Assembly (NCBI GenBank): GCA_963829545.1
Contig: CAWHIX010000007.1
Coordinates: 101,807-165,806 of the forward strand
Length of the DNA: 64,000 nt
From: an uncultured Actinomycetes bacterium
Lineage (GTDB): Bacteria > Actinomycetota > Thermoleophilia > RBG-16-64-13
Direction: 5' to 3'
Below the pieces are notes generated by a model, which was not told the DNA's origin, did not search any database, and worked only from the letters and a program-made list of their open reading frames with translations. A program made the position numbers and the translations under genes. This document shows, piece by piece, positions 1 to 11,659 of the stretch. Position 1 is the stretch's first letter. The number at the start of each line of letters is the position of its first letter.

Positions 1-2
1 CA

Positions 3-431
3 CGGGCGGTACTCGACGAGGAGGGGAGCCGGGGCTCGCTCAGCCTTGCGCTGGTGGGAGAGGCGGACATGACGGACCTCAATCGGCGCTATCGGGGCGG
101 GGAAGGACCTACGGACGTGCTCTCCTTCCCCGAGAGCGCGGATGAAGACCCGTGGCCTGCGGCCGGGCCGGGGGATTGCAGCGAGGAGGACTTCTCGGCC
201 TGTCCCTTCCTGGGCGAAGTCGTCATCTGTCCCGCCCTGGTCCGGCGGTACGCCGCAGAAGCGGGCACGACGTCCGGTTACCAGCTGGGCTGGACGGTCG
301 TGCACGGCACGCTCCACCTGCTCGGCTACGATCACGAGCAAGACCGAGGAGAGATGCGGACGCGCGAACAGGTGCTGCTGGAGCGCCTGGCCGTCAGACT
401 CCAAGACCTCGCCCTCCTCGACGAGTCCTGA
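3..431 (+). CDS. ybeY: rRNA maturation RNase YbeY (5' end outside window)
   Basis: Open from nt 3; motifs LNRRYRG..PTDVLSFP and HGTLHLLGYDH (H3xH5xH metal site). Confidence 0.93.
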   Translation, partial: RAVLDEEGSRGSLSLALVGEADMTDLNRRYRGGEGPTDVLSFPESADEDPWPAAGPGDCSEEDFSACPFLGEVVICPALVRRYAAEAGTTSGYQLGWTVVHGTLHLLGYDHEQDRGEMRTREQVLLERLAVRLQDLALLDES

Positions 432-453
432 CACCGGGAGCGCAGACTCTCAC

Positions 454-1176
454 ATGACGCCCAAGCGCCGACAGATGACCATGCTCCAGAGCTTCAACCA
501 CGCCTTCCAGGGGCTGGTGTATGCCGTCAGGTACGAGCGCAACATGCGCATTCACCTGGCCGTCGGGTTGCTTGTGCTGGTGGCCTCGGTGTTCCTGAAC
601 GTGTCTCGGCTCGAGCTCGTGGCTGTGGTTCTGGCCATCGTCTTCGTTCTCATCGCCGAGATGATGAACACTGCTGTGGAGGCGGTGGTGGACATCATCA
701 CCGACGAGTTCGATCCTCGTGCGAAGGTCGCCAAGGATCTGGCGGCGGGGGGCGTGCTGCTGGCCGCCATCAACGCGCTGGTGGTCGCCTATCTGGTCTT
801 CGCCGACAACCTGGCCGGCTTCTCGCTCGAGCTGTTGACGATCCTGCGCAGGTCGCCCACCCATCTCACCTTTGTGGCCCTAGCCGCGGTCGTGGTCGCA
901 GTCATCGCCCTCAAGGCGGCGCGCGGCAAGAAGGTCGCGCTCTCGGGGGGACTGCCCTCGGGCCACGCGGCGCTGGCCTTCGCAGGGTGGACAGCGGTGA
1001 CGTTCGTCGTGGGGGGTACGCCTCAGGGGTTGCTGGTGAGCGTCCTCACCCTGGGGATGGCTCTACTGGCGGCGCAAACGCGGGTGGAGGCTGGGATCCA
1101 CTCTCTCCTCGAGGTCGTGCTCGGGGCCATACTGGGGGTGGTGCTGACCACCCTCATATTTCAACTCTGGTTCTAG
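454..1176 (+). CDS. dgkA: Diacylglycerol/undecaprenol kinase fused to a PAP2-like membrane domain
   Basis: SFNHAFQGL..ERNMRIH, EMMNTAVEAVVD, AKDLAAGGV; C-terminal GGLPSGHAAL and QTRVEAGIHS..EV. Start chosen at ATG 454; 475 or 481 also possible. Confidence 0.85.
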   Translation: MTPKRRQMTMLQSFNHAFQGLVYAVRYERNMRIHLAVGLLVLVASVFLNVSRLELVAVVLAIVFVLIAEMMNTAVEAVVDIITDEFDPRAKVAKDLAAGGVLLAAINALVVAYLVFADNLAGFSLELLTILRRSPTHLTFVALAAVVVAVIALKAARGKKVALSGGLPSGHAALAFAGWTAVTFVVGGTPQGLLVSVLTLGMALLAAQTRVEAGIHSLLEVVLGAILGVVLTTLIFQLWF

Positions 1177-1189
1177 GGGAGGGAAGGAC

Positions 1190-1600
1190 ATGGACGACGA
1201 CCGGCTCTCGCCTGAACTGGGGCGCCTCATCGACACGGTTAAGGCCGCCGCCCGCGCGGCCGGGCCGGCGGGCTGGGGAGAAGCCGTCGCGCTGCTGACC
1301 GGCTCCGGGGACATCCACCGAAGTGGGACGACTCAGGGCCCGGCAGGACGAGGTCCTGGGGGAGGATGCTCGGCGGCGCGGGATGCCGTGAGCGCCTGGG
1401 GGGAGGCGGGAGGGGAGGATATCCTGGCTGCCGCTCTGGCCTGGGTCGACGGAACCGCCGAAGATGCGCTCCCGTGCAGTTCCTGCCGGGAGGCTCTGAG
1501 CGCCGTGGACCCCGATCTGCCCCTGGTCATCAAGCGCAAGGGCCGCTGGGTCGTCGTGCCCCTATCCGGCCTGCCCCGAGATTCGTCCGAGGGCGCGTGA
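1190..1600 (+). CDS. Cytidine deaminase-fold protein with degenerate active site
   Basis: PCSSCREAL Zn motif, ALLTGSGDIH strand, cdd position after dgkA; canonical CAER reads CSAAR. Confidence 0.65.
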   Translation: MDDDRLSPELGRLIDTVKAAARAAGPAGWGEAVALLTGSGDIHRSGTTQGPAGRGPGGGCSAARDAVSAWGEAGGEDILAAALAWVDGTAEDALPCSSCREALSAVDPDLPLVIKRKGRWVVVPLSGLPRDSSEGA

Positions 1601-2067
1601 GCCGGCTCAGTCTCAAGCGCGTACGCAGGCCCGAGCCCGGCCTGCTGGAGCTGCTGGCCCAGCACGACCTGGATGCTTTCGGGCCCACCGGTCTGCGCAC
1701 CTACGACCTCGCCGTGATGGCGGAGGCGGGAGCGGTTTTCATCGCCCGCGCGGAAGAGGCTCTGGTGGGCGGTTGTCAGCTTCTGCGCGTACTCGACGAG
1801 CCTTCCTTCATGTACGTGGTGGGTTTCTACGTGCTTCCCGAATATCGGGGAACAGGTGTGGGCCGGGAGTTCCTCGAGTTGCTCAGCGAGGAGTGCCGGC
1901 GGCTGGGTGCCGAGGGACTGCTGCTGACCGTCTCGCCGGCGAACGAGGAGGCGAATCGCCTCTACAGGAGCGCGGGTTTCGTGCAGGAAGCCTTCGTGGA
2001 CGGTTTCTACGGAGAGGGTGAGGACCGCTTCATACTGCGCAGGCGGTTCGGGGAGCCCGGCTTGTAA
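1597..2067 (+). CDS. GNAT (RimI-like) acetyltransferase
   Basis: GTGA overlap with upstream stop; VLPEYRGTGVGRE acetyl-CoA motif, N..A..LYRSAGF. Confidence 0.8.
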   Translation: MSRLSLKRVRRPEPGLLELLAQHDLDAFGPTGLRTYDLAVMAEAGAVFIARAEEALVGGCQLLRVLDEPSFMYVVGFYVLPEYRGTGVGREFLELLSEECRRLGAEGLLLTVSPANEEANRLYRSAGFVQEAFVDGFYGEGEDRFILRRRFGEPGL

Positions 2068-2109
2068 GGCGGTGTATCATAGAAGACCCAGCCGAGGAGA
2101 CGAGGAACC

Positions 2110-2805
2110 TTGAGAATCGAGGAATTAGCCAAGACCATCGATAGCGTACTCCTTGACGCGACCAGCACCACCACCGCGGTGGAGGGCCTATGTCGCGACG
2201 CCATCTCATACCACTTCGCTTCTATCTGCGTGCTGCCCTACTGCGTGCCCACCGCTCGTCAGCTTCTCCAAGGCTACGACGTGAAGGTGGGGACGGTGGT
2301 CTCCTTCCCCTACGGCGCCGATTCCCAGCGGACGAAGATCACGGGTGCTGAGCAGGCCGTGGCTCTGGGTGCGGACGAACTCGACGTGGTCCTGAACATC
2401 CCCGCCATGCTCTCCGGCGATTTCCGCTACGTCCGCGACGAGTTGCGCAGCGTGGTGAGGTCCGTGCGCATGACCAGCGTCAACACAGGTCGCGGCCTCG
2501 TCCTCGTCAAGGCCAACGTGGAGGCCTACTACCTGGACGAGAAGCTCAAACGCCTCGTGTGCAAGATCGTGGAGGATTCGGGGGCCGACTTCATCAAGAC
2601 CTCCACCGGCAAGGCTGCGGGCGGAGCCACGGCCAAGGATGTGGAGCTCTTCCGCGACCTCCTCCCGGAGAGCGTGGGGGTCGACGCCTCCGGAGGCATC
2701 CGCACGGCTGAAGACGCCGAGCTCATGATCAACGCCGGCGCGGCCCGTATCGGCACGTCCCACGCGGTGGACATAATCAAGGAGTTCTCCGCCGAGCGGG
2801 ACTAG
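2110..2805 (+). CDS. deoC: Deoxyribose-phosphate aldolase-like protein (second active-site Lys replaced)
   Basis: GADELDVVLN, ADFIKTSTG, ASGGIRT, ARIGTS; VKASGG reads VDASGG. Confidence 0.8.
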   Translation: MRIEELAKTIDSVLLDATSTTTAVEGLCRDAISYHFASICVLPYCVPTARQLLQGYDVKVGTVVSFPYGADSQRTKITGAEQAVALGADELDVVLNIPAMLSGDFRYVRDELRSVVRSVRMTSVNTGRGLVLVKANVEAYYLDEKLKRLVCKIVEDSGADFIKTSTGKAAGGATAKDVELFRDLLPESVGVDASGGIRTAEDAELMINAGAARIGTSHAVDIIKEFSAERD

Positions 2806-2877
2806 GGTCGTGACCGAGGTCCGGCGTCCGGGCCGAGGAACTCCGAAGGCCGCTGGCTAGGGCCCGGGGGGCAATGG

Positions 2878-3594
2878 ATGGACTCGCGTTTCTTCACCAC
2901 CGACGCCCTGGTGATCGGGTCGATGCGCTACCGCGAGGCCGACCGCATCGTCACGCTCTACACCCGCGATCGCGGGAGGTTGGGCGCGATCGCGAAGGGG
3001 GTGCGGCGCACCAAGTCCAAGGTGGGGGGCCGTCTCGAGCCCTACACCCTGGTTCAGGCGAGCCTGCACTCCGGACGTGGTCTCTACACCATCTGCGGCG
3101 TGGAGACGCTGCGTACCTTCCAGGGCGTGCGCGACGAGCTTTTCCGCATGGAGGAGGGCGCCCGGCTGCTGGGTGCGGTCCGGCACCTCTTTCCTGCCGA
3201 GGAGGGCAGTCTACCGGCCTTCAATCTCCTGGTCCGGGGGGTAGCACGATTGGCCGAGGCTCCCGATGCCGCCACCGCCGCGGCCGTGGTATTGGCCGTG
3301 CGCCTGAAGCTCCTCGCCCTTCTGGGATACGCGCCCGATACGGGCCACTGCGCCGTTTGTGGAGCGGACCATCCGGCGTACGGCTTCTCCCCACCACTGG
3401 GGGGAGTGGTGTGCGAGGCGTGTGCCCTGGATGGCGCCGCGTCCTGCTTCATGATCAGTCGGGGTGCACTGGCTACCCTGCGCACCTTGTTGGAGGGGCC
3501 TCTGGCCCAGGTGCAGAGCTTGGACCTCGACGATCGCGCGACCGCCGAGGTGCAGCAGGTGTTGTCGCAGACCCTCGCATACCACGGCCACTGA
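2878..3594 (+). CDS. recO: DNA repair protein RecO
   Basis: Y.EADRIVTLYT...G...AIAKGVRR.KS; C-terminal CAVC...CEAC Zn finger. Confidence 0.92.
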   Translation: MDSRFFTTDALVIGSMRYREADRIVTLYTRDRGRLGAIAKGVRRTKSKVGGRLEPYTLVQASLHSGRGLYTICGVETLRTFQGVRDELFRMEEGARLLGAVRHLFPAEEGSLPAFNLLVRGVARLAEAPDAATAAAVVLAVRLKLLALLGYAPDTGHCAVCGADHPAYGFSPPLGGVVCEACALDGAASCFMISRGALATLRTLLEGPLAQVQSLDLDDRATAEVQQVLSQTLAYHGH

Positions 3595-3600
3595 GTGGGG

Positions 3601-3666
3601 GCCCGCGCGGGGGCTATCGTTCGAGCTGCGAAGTCACGATTCTTCCACGATAGCCCCCGCGCGGGC
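3601..3666 (+). repeat. Conserved-loop palindrome, copy 1
   Basis: Perfect 20-bp arms GCCCGCGCGGGGGCTATCGT (3601-3620) / ACGATAGCCCCCGCGCGGGC (3647-3666); loop TCGAGCTGCGAAGTCACGATTCTTCC. Confidence 0.92.
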
Positions 3667-3924
3667 TGGCAAGAATTCCGGTTTCGGCTGTGGCGTCCTG
3701 TGCCGCGTGGATGCGTCTGCCTGTCGAGTTGTCCCGCTGAATGGAACACGGTGCCAAAATATGCCCCGACCACTGGCGGCGTTGGCTTCAATCATGGATA
3801 ATCGCCACGATGGGATTAGCAGTACCGTATCTCTTCCCCTCTTGCAGACCCGCGTGCGACAGGCGTGTCTGGCGCCCTCCCAGGGCCGGATGTTGTCATG
3901 ATGATCTGACCAGAAAGGTGTTTG

Positions 3925-6900
3925 ATGGCTAACACCACCGCAATGATGGACGGCAATGAGGCCGTCGCCAACGTCGCGTACAAAGTCAACGGTGTCATCG
4001 CCATCTACCCCATCACTCCCTCGAGCCCCATGGCCGAGCACTGCGACGCCTGGAGTGCGCTCGGCAAGAAGAACCTCTGGGGGGTCGTCCCCAACATCGC
4101 CGAGATGCAGTCCGAGGCCGGCGCCGCTGCAGCCGTGCATGGCGCTCTGCAGGCCGGGTCGCTCTCGACCACCTTCACTGCCAGCCAGGGGCTCATGCTC
4201 ATGATCCCCAACATGTACAAGATCGCGGGCGAACTCAGCCCGACCTGCTGGCACGTGACGGCCCGCTCGCTCGCCGCCCAGGCGCTCAGCATCTATGGGG
4301 ACCATCAGGACGTCATGGCCGTGAGGCAGATCGGCTTCGCCCTCCTTGCCTCCAACTCCGTACAGGAGGCCCACGACCTGGCCCTGGTGGGCAGCGCCGC
4401 CACCCTCAAGGCGCGGGTGCCCTTCATCCACTTCTTCGATGGTTTTCGGACGTCGCACGAGGTGCAGAAGCTGGAACTCATCGGCGACGAGACCATCCGG
4501 GACATGATCGACGACAAGCTGGTGATCGCCCACCGCCTGCGGGCCATGAGCCCCGACCGCCCCACCATCCGCGGTACCAGCCAGAACCCGGACGTCTACT
4601 TCCAGGGTCGGGAGGCCGTCAACCAGTACTATCTGGCCATCCCGGGCATCGTCCAGGAATACATGGACCAGTTCGCCGCCCACACGGGCCGGCAGTATCA
4701 CCTCTTCGACTACGTGGGCGCTCCCGATGCCGAGCGGGTGATCGTCCTCATGGGCTCAGGTGCGGAGGCCGCGCACGAGACCGTCGAGCATCTGGTGGCC
4801 CGGGGCGAGAAGGTGGGGGTCGTCAAGGTGCGCCTCTACCGGCCCTTCTCCATCGAACACTTCCTGGCGGCGTTGCCTCCGACGGTCAAGCGCGTCGCCG
4901 TGCTCGACCGCACGAAGGAACCGGGTGCGGGGGGCGAGCCCCTCTACCTGGACGTGGTCGACGCCCTCTCCGACTCGGAGTTCGAGGCCAAGGTCATCGG
5001 GGGCCGGTACGGTCTCTCCAGCAAGGAGTTCACCCCGGCCATGGTCAAGGCCGTCTTCGACGAACTGGCCAAGGACAAACGCAAGAAGCACTTCACCGTG
5101 GGCATCAACGACGACGTCACCCACATGAGCCTGGAGTACGACGAGAACTTCAGCACCGAGCCGGACTCCGTGATCCGGGCCCTCTTCTACGGCCTGGGCT
5201 CCGATGGCACCGTGGGCGCCAACAAGAACTCCATCAAGATCATCGGCGAGGACACCGAGAACTACGCCCAGGGCTACTTCGTCTACGACGCCAAGAAGGC
5301 CGGGGTCATGACCGTCAGCCACTTGCGCTTCGGCCCCGAACCCATCCGCTCGTCCTACCTGGTCAACAAGGCCGACTTCATCGCCTGTCACTTCTGGGCG
5401 TTCATGGAGCGTTTCGACCTGCTCGCGGCGGCCGTGCCCGGGGCAACCTTCTTGATCAACGCTCCCTATCCCACCGACGAGGTTTGGGACAAGCTGCCCA
5501 GGGACATGCAGCAACGCATCATCGACATGAAGCTCAAGCTGTACGCCATCAACGCCTTCGAGGTGGCCAAAGAGACGGGCATGGGCGGACGAACCAACAC
5601 CATCATGCAGACCTGCTTCTTCTACCTCTCGAACATCCTCCCCCAGGACGAGGCTATCGCGGCCATCAAGAAGGCCATCGAGAAGACCTACGGCAAGCGG
5701 GGCGAGAAGGTCGTGCAGATGAACTTCAACGCCGTGGACAAGGCCATCGCCGCGCTCCATGCTATCTCCGTCCCGGCGGCGGCTACCAGCCAAATCACGA
5801 GGCCGCCGGTGGTTCCGGGCGAGGCGCCCGAGTTCGTGCGCACGATCACCGCCGCCATCATGGCCGGCCGGGGCGAGGAGCTGGCCGTCAGCGAGATCCC
5901 GGCCGACGGTGTCTGGCCCACCGACACCACCCAGTGGGAGAAGCGCAACATCGCCCTCGAGATCCCCGTGTGGGAGCCCGACCTCTGCATCCAGTGCGGC
6001 AAGTGCTCCTTCCACTGCCCGCACGCCACCATCCGCACCAAGGTCTACGGTCCGGCGCTCCTGGCCGGCGCGCCGGCGACCTTCAAGTCGGCACCGGCCA
6101 AAGGCAAGGACTACGCCGGCATGAACTGGACGGTGCAGGTGGCCCCCGAGGACTGCACCGGCTGCGGACTGTGCATCGAGGTCTGCCCAGGCAAAGACAA
6201 GAGCGACCCGAGCCGCAAGGCCATCAACATGGCCTTCCAGCCCCCGCTGCGCGAGAGCGAGCGCGACAACTTCGAGTTCTTCGAGACCATCCCCTACATC
6301 GACAGATCCCTGGTGCGGGTGAACGGCGTCAAGGGCAGCCAGCTTCTCGAACCCCTGTTCGAGTATTCGGGAGCCTGCGCCGGTTGCGGGGAGACTCCCT
6401 ACGTCAAGCTCCTCACTCAGCTCTTCGGCGACCGACTGCTCATCGGCAACGCCACGGGTTGCTCCAGCATCTACGGGGGCAACCTGCCCACCACGCCCTA
6501 CGCCAAGAATGCCGACGGACGGGGTCCCACCTGGAACAACTCCCTTTTCGAGGACGCGGCGGAGTTCAGCTATGGCCTGAGGCTCTCAGTCGACAGGCAG
6601 ACGGAGCTCGCCCAGGGGCTTGTGAACACTTTCCGAGATATCGCCGGCGATGGGCTGGTCGACGAGCTTCTTGCGGCCACGCAGATCAACGAAGCCGAGA
6701 TCGCGGCCCAGCGTGCCCGCGTCGCCGAACTCAAGAAGCGCGTAATGGCCGCCAAGGAGGCCGATCCCAGACTCACGGCGCAAGTACGACGAGATGTACG
6801 TAGCCGCCGATTTCTTGGTCAAGAAGAGCGTCTGGGGCGTCGGGGGCGACGGCTGGGCCTACGACATCGGATACGGCGGATTGGACCACGTCCTGGCATC

Positions 6901-7582
6901 CAACCGAAACATCAACCTGCTGGTCTTGAACACCCAGGTCTACTCCAACACCGGCGGCCAATGCTCCAAGGCCACCCCCATGGGAGCGGTGGCGCTCTTT
7001 GCCGCCGGCGGAAAGCTCATCGGCAAGAAAGACTTGGGCAGCATGGCCTGCACCTACGGCAACATCTACGTGGCTCAGGTGGCCATGGGCTACAACGACG
7101 CCCAGACCGTGCGCGCCTTCGTGGAGGCCGAATCCTTCGACGGACCGAGTCTGATCATCGCCTACAGCCACTGCATCAACCAGGGCATCGACATGACCAA
7201 GGGGTACGATCAGCAGAAGGCGGCCGTGGAGACAGGTTCATGGTTCTTGTGGCGCTTCGATCCGCGCCTTGCCGCGCCGGGCAAGAACCCCTGGCAGATA
7301 GACATGAAAGAGCCTTCGCGTCCGGTGACCGACTACGCCTACAGCGAGAACCGCTTCAACATTCTCAAGAAGTCCCACCCGCAGACGGCCGATATCATCA
7401 TGGCTCGGGCGCAGAACCACGTTTGGACGCGTTGGGAGATCCTCAAGCAGCGGGCGGCCATCACCTATTCTTCGGATCTGCCGTTCGAGACCGGTGTGCT
7501 TCGCGAGGAGACCACGGCCGCGGCCGGCGAGGTCACGGGGATCAAGACCGGCGTGAACATGCCGGCGGGGGGCCCCTGCTAG
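3925..7582 (+). CDS. nifJ: Pyruvate:ferredoxin (flavodoxin) oxidoreductase, copy 1; frameshift near 6780-6795
   Basis: MDGNEA, YPITPSS, two 4Fe-4S motifs (CIQCGKC..CP, CTGCGLCIEVCP), GACAGCGE, GGDGWAYDIG; C-terminus continues in ORF 6794..7582. Confidence 0.93.
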
Positions 7583-7586
7583 GAAG

Positions 7587-7652
7587 GCCCGCGATAGGGC
7601 TTCCGCTCCAGCTGCGAAGTCACGATTCTTACGCGGAAGCCCTATCGCGGGC
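7587..7652 (+). repeat. Conserved-loop palindrome, copy 2
   Basis: Perfect 20-bp arms GCCCGCGATAGGGCTTCCGC (7587-7606) / GCGGAAGCCCTATCGCGGGC (7633-7652); loop TCCAGCTGCGAAGTCACGATTCTTAC. Confidence 0.92.
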
Positions 7653-7812
7653 TGGTATGTGGGGGGCGGCGCGCTAGCGCCGCCGCGGACCTGCCTCCGT
7701 GGGGGCGTTGCCGGTGATCGCACCCTCACTACCGCGAGAAGGCGGGTGAGTGCCCGCGGAAGCATCGCGCAGGCTTTTGCGCGCAGCTGGAGCGGGTATT
7801 CACCCGCCTCTC

Positions 7813-9318
<1,506 letters not shown>

Positions 9319-9491
9319 CTAGCAAAGCGCGGGAGTGCGGTCAGGACTGCCTTCTGAGGCCGTCCCTTTTCAGCTTCCATGTTTGAATGGAGCGAGCAGC
9401 ATGAAAATACTCGGTACGGCGCGTCACGGCCGGCCGGGGTACGATGGGGCAGGTGCGTTGGCTCTGGGCCGTATCTGATCTGGGGAGGAGC

Positions 9492-10166
9492 ATGGGTATC
9501 CAGGCTGTGGTCTTCGACATGGACGGGGTCATCATCGACTCCGAGATGGTGTGGCATGAGGTCCGCCGCGATTTCGTCGTGGACCATGGAGGCACGTGGA
9601 CCGAGCAAGATCAGAAGGCGGTCATGGGCGCCAACTCGCGCCAATGGGCCGAGCATATCCGCGACGCCTGCGGGGTGGCGCTTTCCCCCGACCAAATCTA
9701 CTCAGAAGTCGTGAGCGGTCTGCGTGAGGCCTATCGGGAGCATTTGCCCCTGTACGAAGGGGCCCGAGAGGCGGTGCAGGCTCTCGCAGGCGAGTACCGA
9801 CTTGCCGTCGCTTCCTCTTCACCCCTGGAACTGTTGGAGTATGTTCTGGGAGTGGCGGGTTTGCGTGACAGCTTCGAGATCTTGGTCTCCTCGGACGAAG
9901 TGGCACGGGCGAAGCCGGAGCCGGATGTGTACCTGGAGGCCTGCCGTCGACTGGGCTGCCGTCCGGAATGCTCCGCGGCCGTCGAGGACTCCGCCAATGG
10001 CATCCGCGCTGCTGTGGCGGCCGGTCTGGTGGTGATAGTCATCCCTAATCAGGCCTTTCCGCCGCCGACCGCGGTGGTGGAATCGGCCCGCATGACCCTG
10101 GACTCGATAGCGGAACTGACCCCCGGCCTGATGGAGGCGCTGGGACTGGAGGTGTGCGATGGCTGA
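9492..10166 (+). CDS. HAD-family phosphatase
   Basis: VVFDMDGVIIDSE, KPEPDVY, EDSANG; GGAGG before ATG 9492. Confidence 0.88.
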   Translation: MGIQAVVFDMDGVIIDSEMVWHEVRRDFVVDHGGTWTEQDQKAVMGANSRQWAEHIRDACGVALSPDQIYSEVVSGLREAYREHLPLYEGAREAVQALAGEYRLAVASSSPLELLEYVLGVAGLRDSFEILVSSDEVARAKPEPDVYLEACRRLGCRPECSAAVEDSANGIRAAVAAGLVVIVIPNQAFPPPTAVVESARMTLDSIAELTPGLMEALGLEVCDG

Positions 10167-10575
10167 TGAGCAGCGGATGGACGATTTCTTCGAAGGCGGA
10201 CGCTGGGCCGTGGTGGGTGTCTCGCGGGATCCCTACAAGTACGGCTACATAGTCCACCAGAAGCTGAGGAGTCACGGCGAGGAGGTCTTTGCCGTCAACC
10301 CCAACGTCGACGAGGTGGACGGGGAACCCTGCTACGCGAGCCTGGCGGATCTTCCCGAGCCGGTGGATCAGATCGTGATCGTACTTCCGCCGGGCGCTAC
10401 AGAGCAGGTGGTGGAGGAGGCGGCAGGGCAGGGGGTGACGAGGGTGTGGATGCAGCCCGGCGCCGAGTCGAGCGCGGCCGTCGACTTCTGTAAGGGACGG
10501 GGCATCAACGTAGTGGCCGGACGCTGCATCCTGCGCTACATCGATCACCTCGATGCGCGGGGCGCGGATCGCTGA
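10159..10575 (+). CDS. CoA-binding (YccU-like) protein
   Basis: WAVVGVSRDP.KYG, VNP, VWMQPGA, CIL. Confidence 0.85.
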   Translation: MADEQRMDDFFEGGRWAVVGVSRDPYKYGYIVHQKLRSHGEEVFAVNPNVDEVDGEPCYASLADLPEPVDQIVIVLPPGATEQVVEEAAGQGVTRVWMQPGAESSAAVDFCKGRGINVVAGRCILRYIDHLDARGADR

Positions 10576-10592
10576 CCACGGCGGAGCGCACG

Positions 10593-11018
10593 GTGGTCAG
10601 ACTCACGGACACGCTCGAGATTCCCGACAGCGAGATCACCTTCAACACGTCGCGAAGCAGCGGGCCGGGTGGGCAGAACGTCAACAAGGTCGACACGCGG
10701 GTGACTCTGCTGTTCGACATGGAGGGTTCACCCAGCCTGTCCCAGAAGCAGAAAGACCTGCTGCGCGCCCGCCTCGCCGGGCGCATCAACAAGGAAGGAG
10801 TGCTGCGCGTGGTCTCGCAGCGACATCGAACCCAGTCGGCCAACCGCGAAGCCGTCGTCGATCGTTTCGCACGGCTGCTCAGGGAGGCATTGACCCCGGA
10901 CAAGGAGCGCATACCCGTACGTGTGCCCTTCGGGGAGAAGGAGAGACGGCTGGAGGAGAAGCGGCACCGCAAGCGCGTGAAGCGGGACCGGACTATCGAC
11001 CTGGCCGACGAAGACTGA
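10593..11018 (+). CDS. arfB: Alternative ribosome-rescue peptidyl-tRNA hydrolase ArfB
   Basis: SRSSGPGGQNVNKV (GGQ), RTQSANR, basic C-terminal tail. Confidence 0.92.
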   Translation: MVRLTDTLEIPDSEITFNTSRSSGPGGQNVNKVDTRVTLLFDMEGSPSLSQKQKDLLRARLAGRINKEGVLRVVSQRHRTQSANREAVVDRFARLLREALTPDKERIPVRVPFGEKERRLEEKRHRKRVKRDRTIDLADED

Positions 11019-11043
11019 CGGCTTTCAGCTTGAGCCTGCGGGG

Positions 11044-11628
11044 TCAGGGGGCAGTGGCGCGCCTGCCGCGTGCGACCAACGCGAACATGAAGCTCCCCAG
11101 GTCCTCGATCGTCACCGTTTCGAAGTAAGGCTCGAAGATAGCCAGCGCAGACTGGTTGCTCACGCGGCGCTCGGCCGGTGGCCCGCTTTCCCATGACGCC
11201 GGTTCCATACGCCAGTCGACCACCACGACTCTTCCGGGAGCACGCAGGCTGTCCAGGAGGCGGCCCATCTCCATATCGCCCGCCATCTCGTGGAGCGCGA
11301 CGATGGAGTAAGCCGCGTCGATGCTGCCGGGTGTCAGGGGCAGTTCGCGCACGTCGGCCTCGACCAGGCGCACGTTTGCGGGGACGCCCCTCTTCCTGTA
11401 GGCCTCGGTCATCTCAGGTGAGATCTCAACAGCATAGACCGCCCCGCTGGTATGGCGGGCGACGATGTCGGTGTAGAAACCGGTGCCACTGCCCAGGTCG
11501 GCTACGTCTTCGTCTCCACGGAGGTCCAGGAGACGGACGAGATCCTCTTCGCTGAGCTGGTTGTCCAGTCTACGGGGATCGCTGAGGCGCTCGGCGTGCA
11601 TGGGATGGAAGCGGTGGTCATCGTGCAT
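11044..11628 (-). CDS. Class I SAM-dependent methyltransferase
   Basis: VADLGSGTGFY, VYAVEIS, LHEM, VVVDW. Confidence 0.8.
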   Translation of the reverse strand: MHDDHRFHPMHAERLSDPRRLDNQLSEEDLVRLLDLRGDEDVADLGSGTGFYTDIVARHTSGAVYAVEISPEMTEAYRKRGVPANVRLVEADVRELPLTPGSIDAAYSIVALHEMAGDMEMGRLLDSLRAPGRVVVVDWRMEPASWESGPPAERRVSNQSALAIFEPYFETVTIEDLGSFMFALVARGRRATAP

Positions 11629-11659
11629 GGGGTTTCCGGCCTCTCGTGATTGCTGTCAC

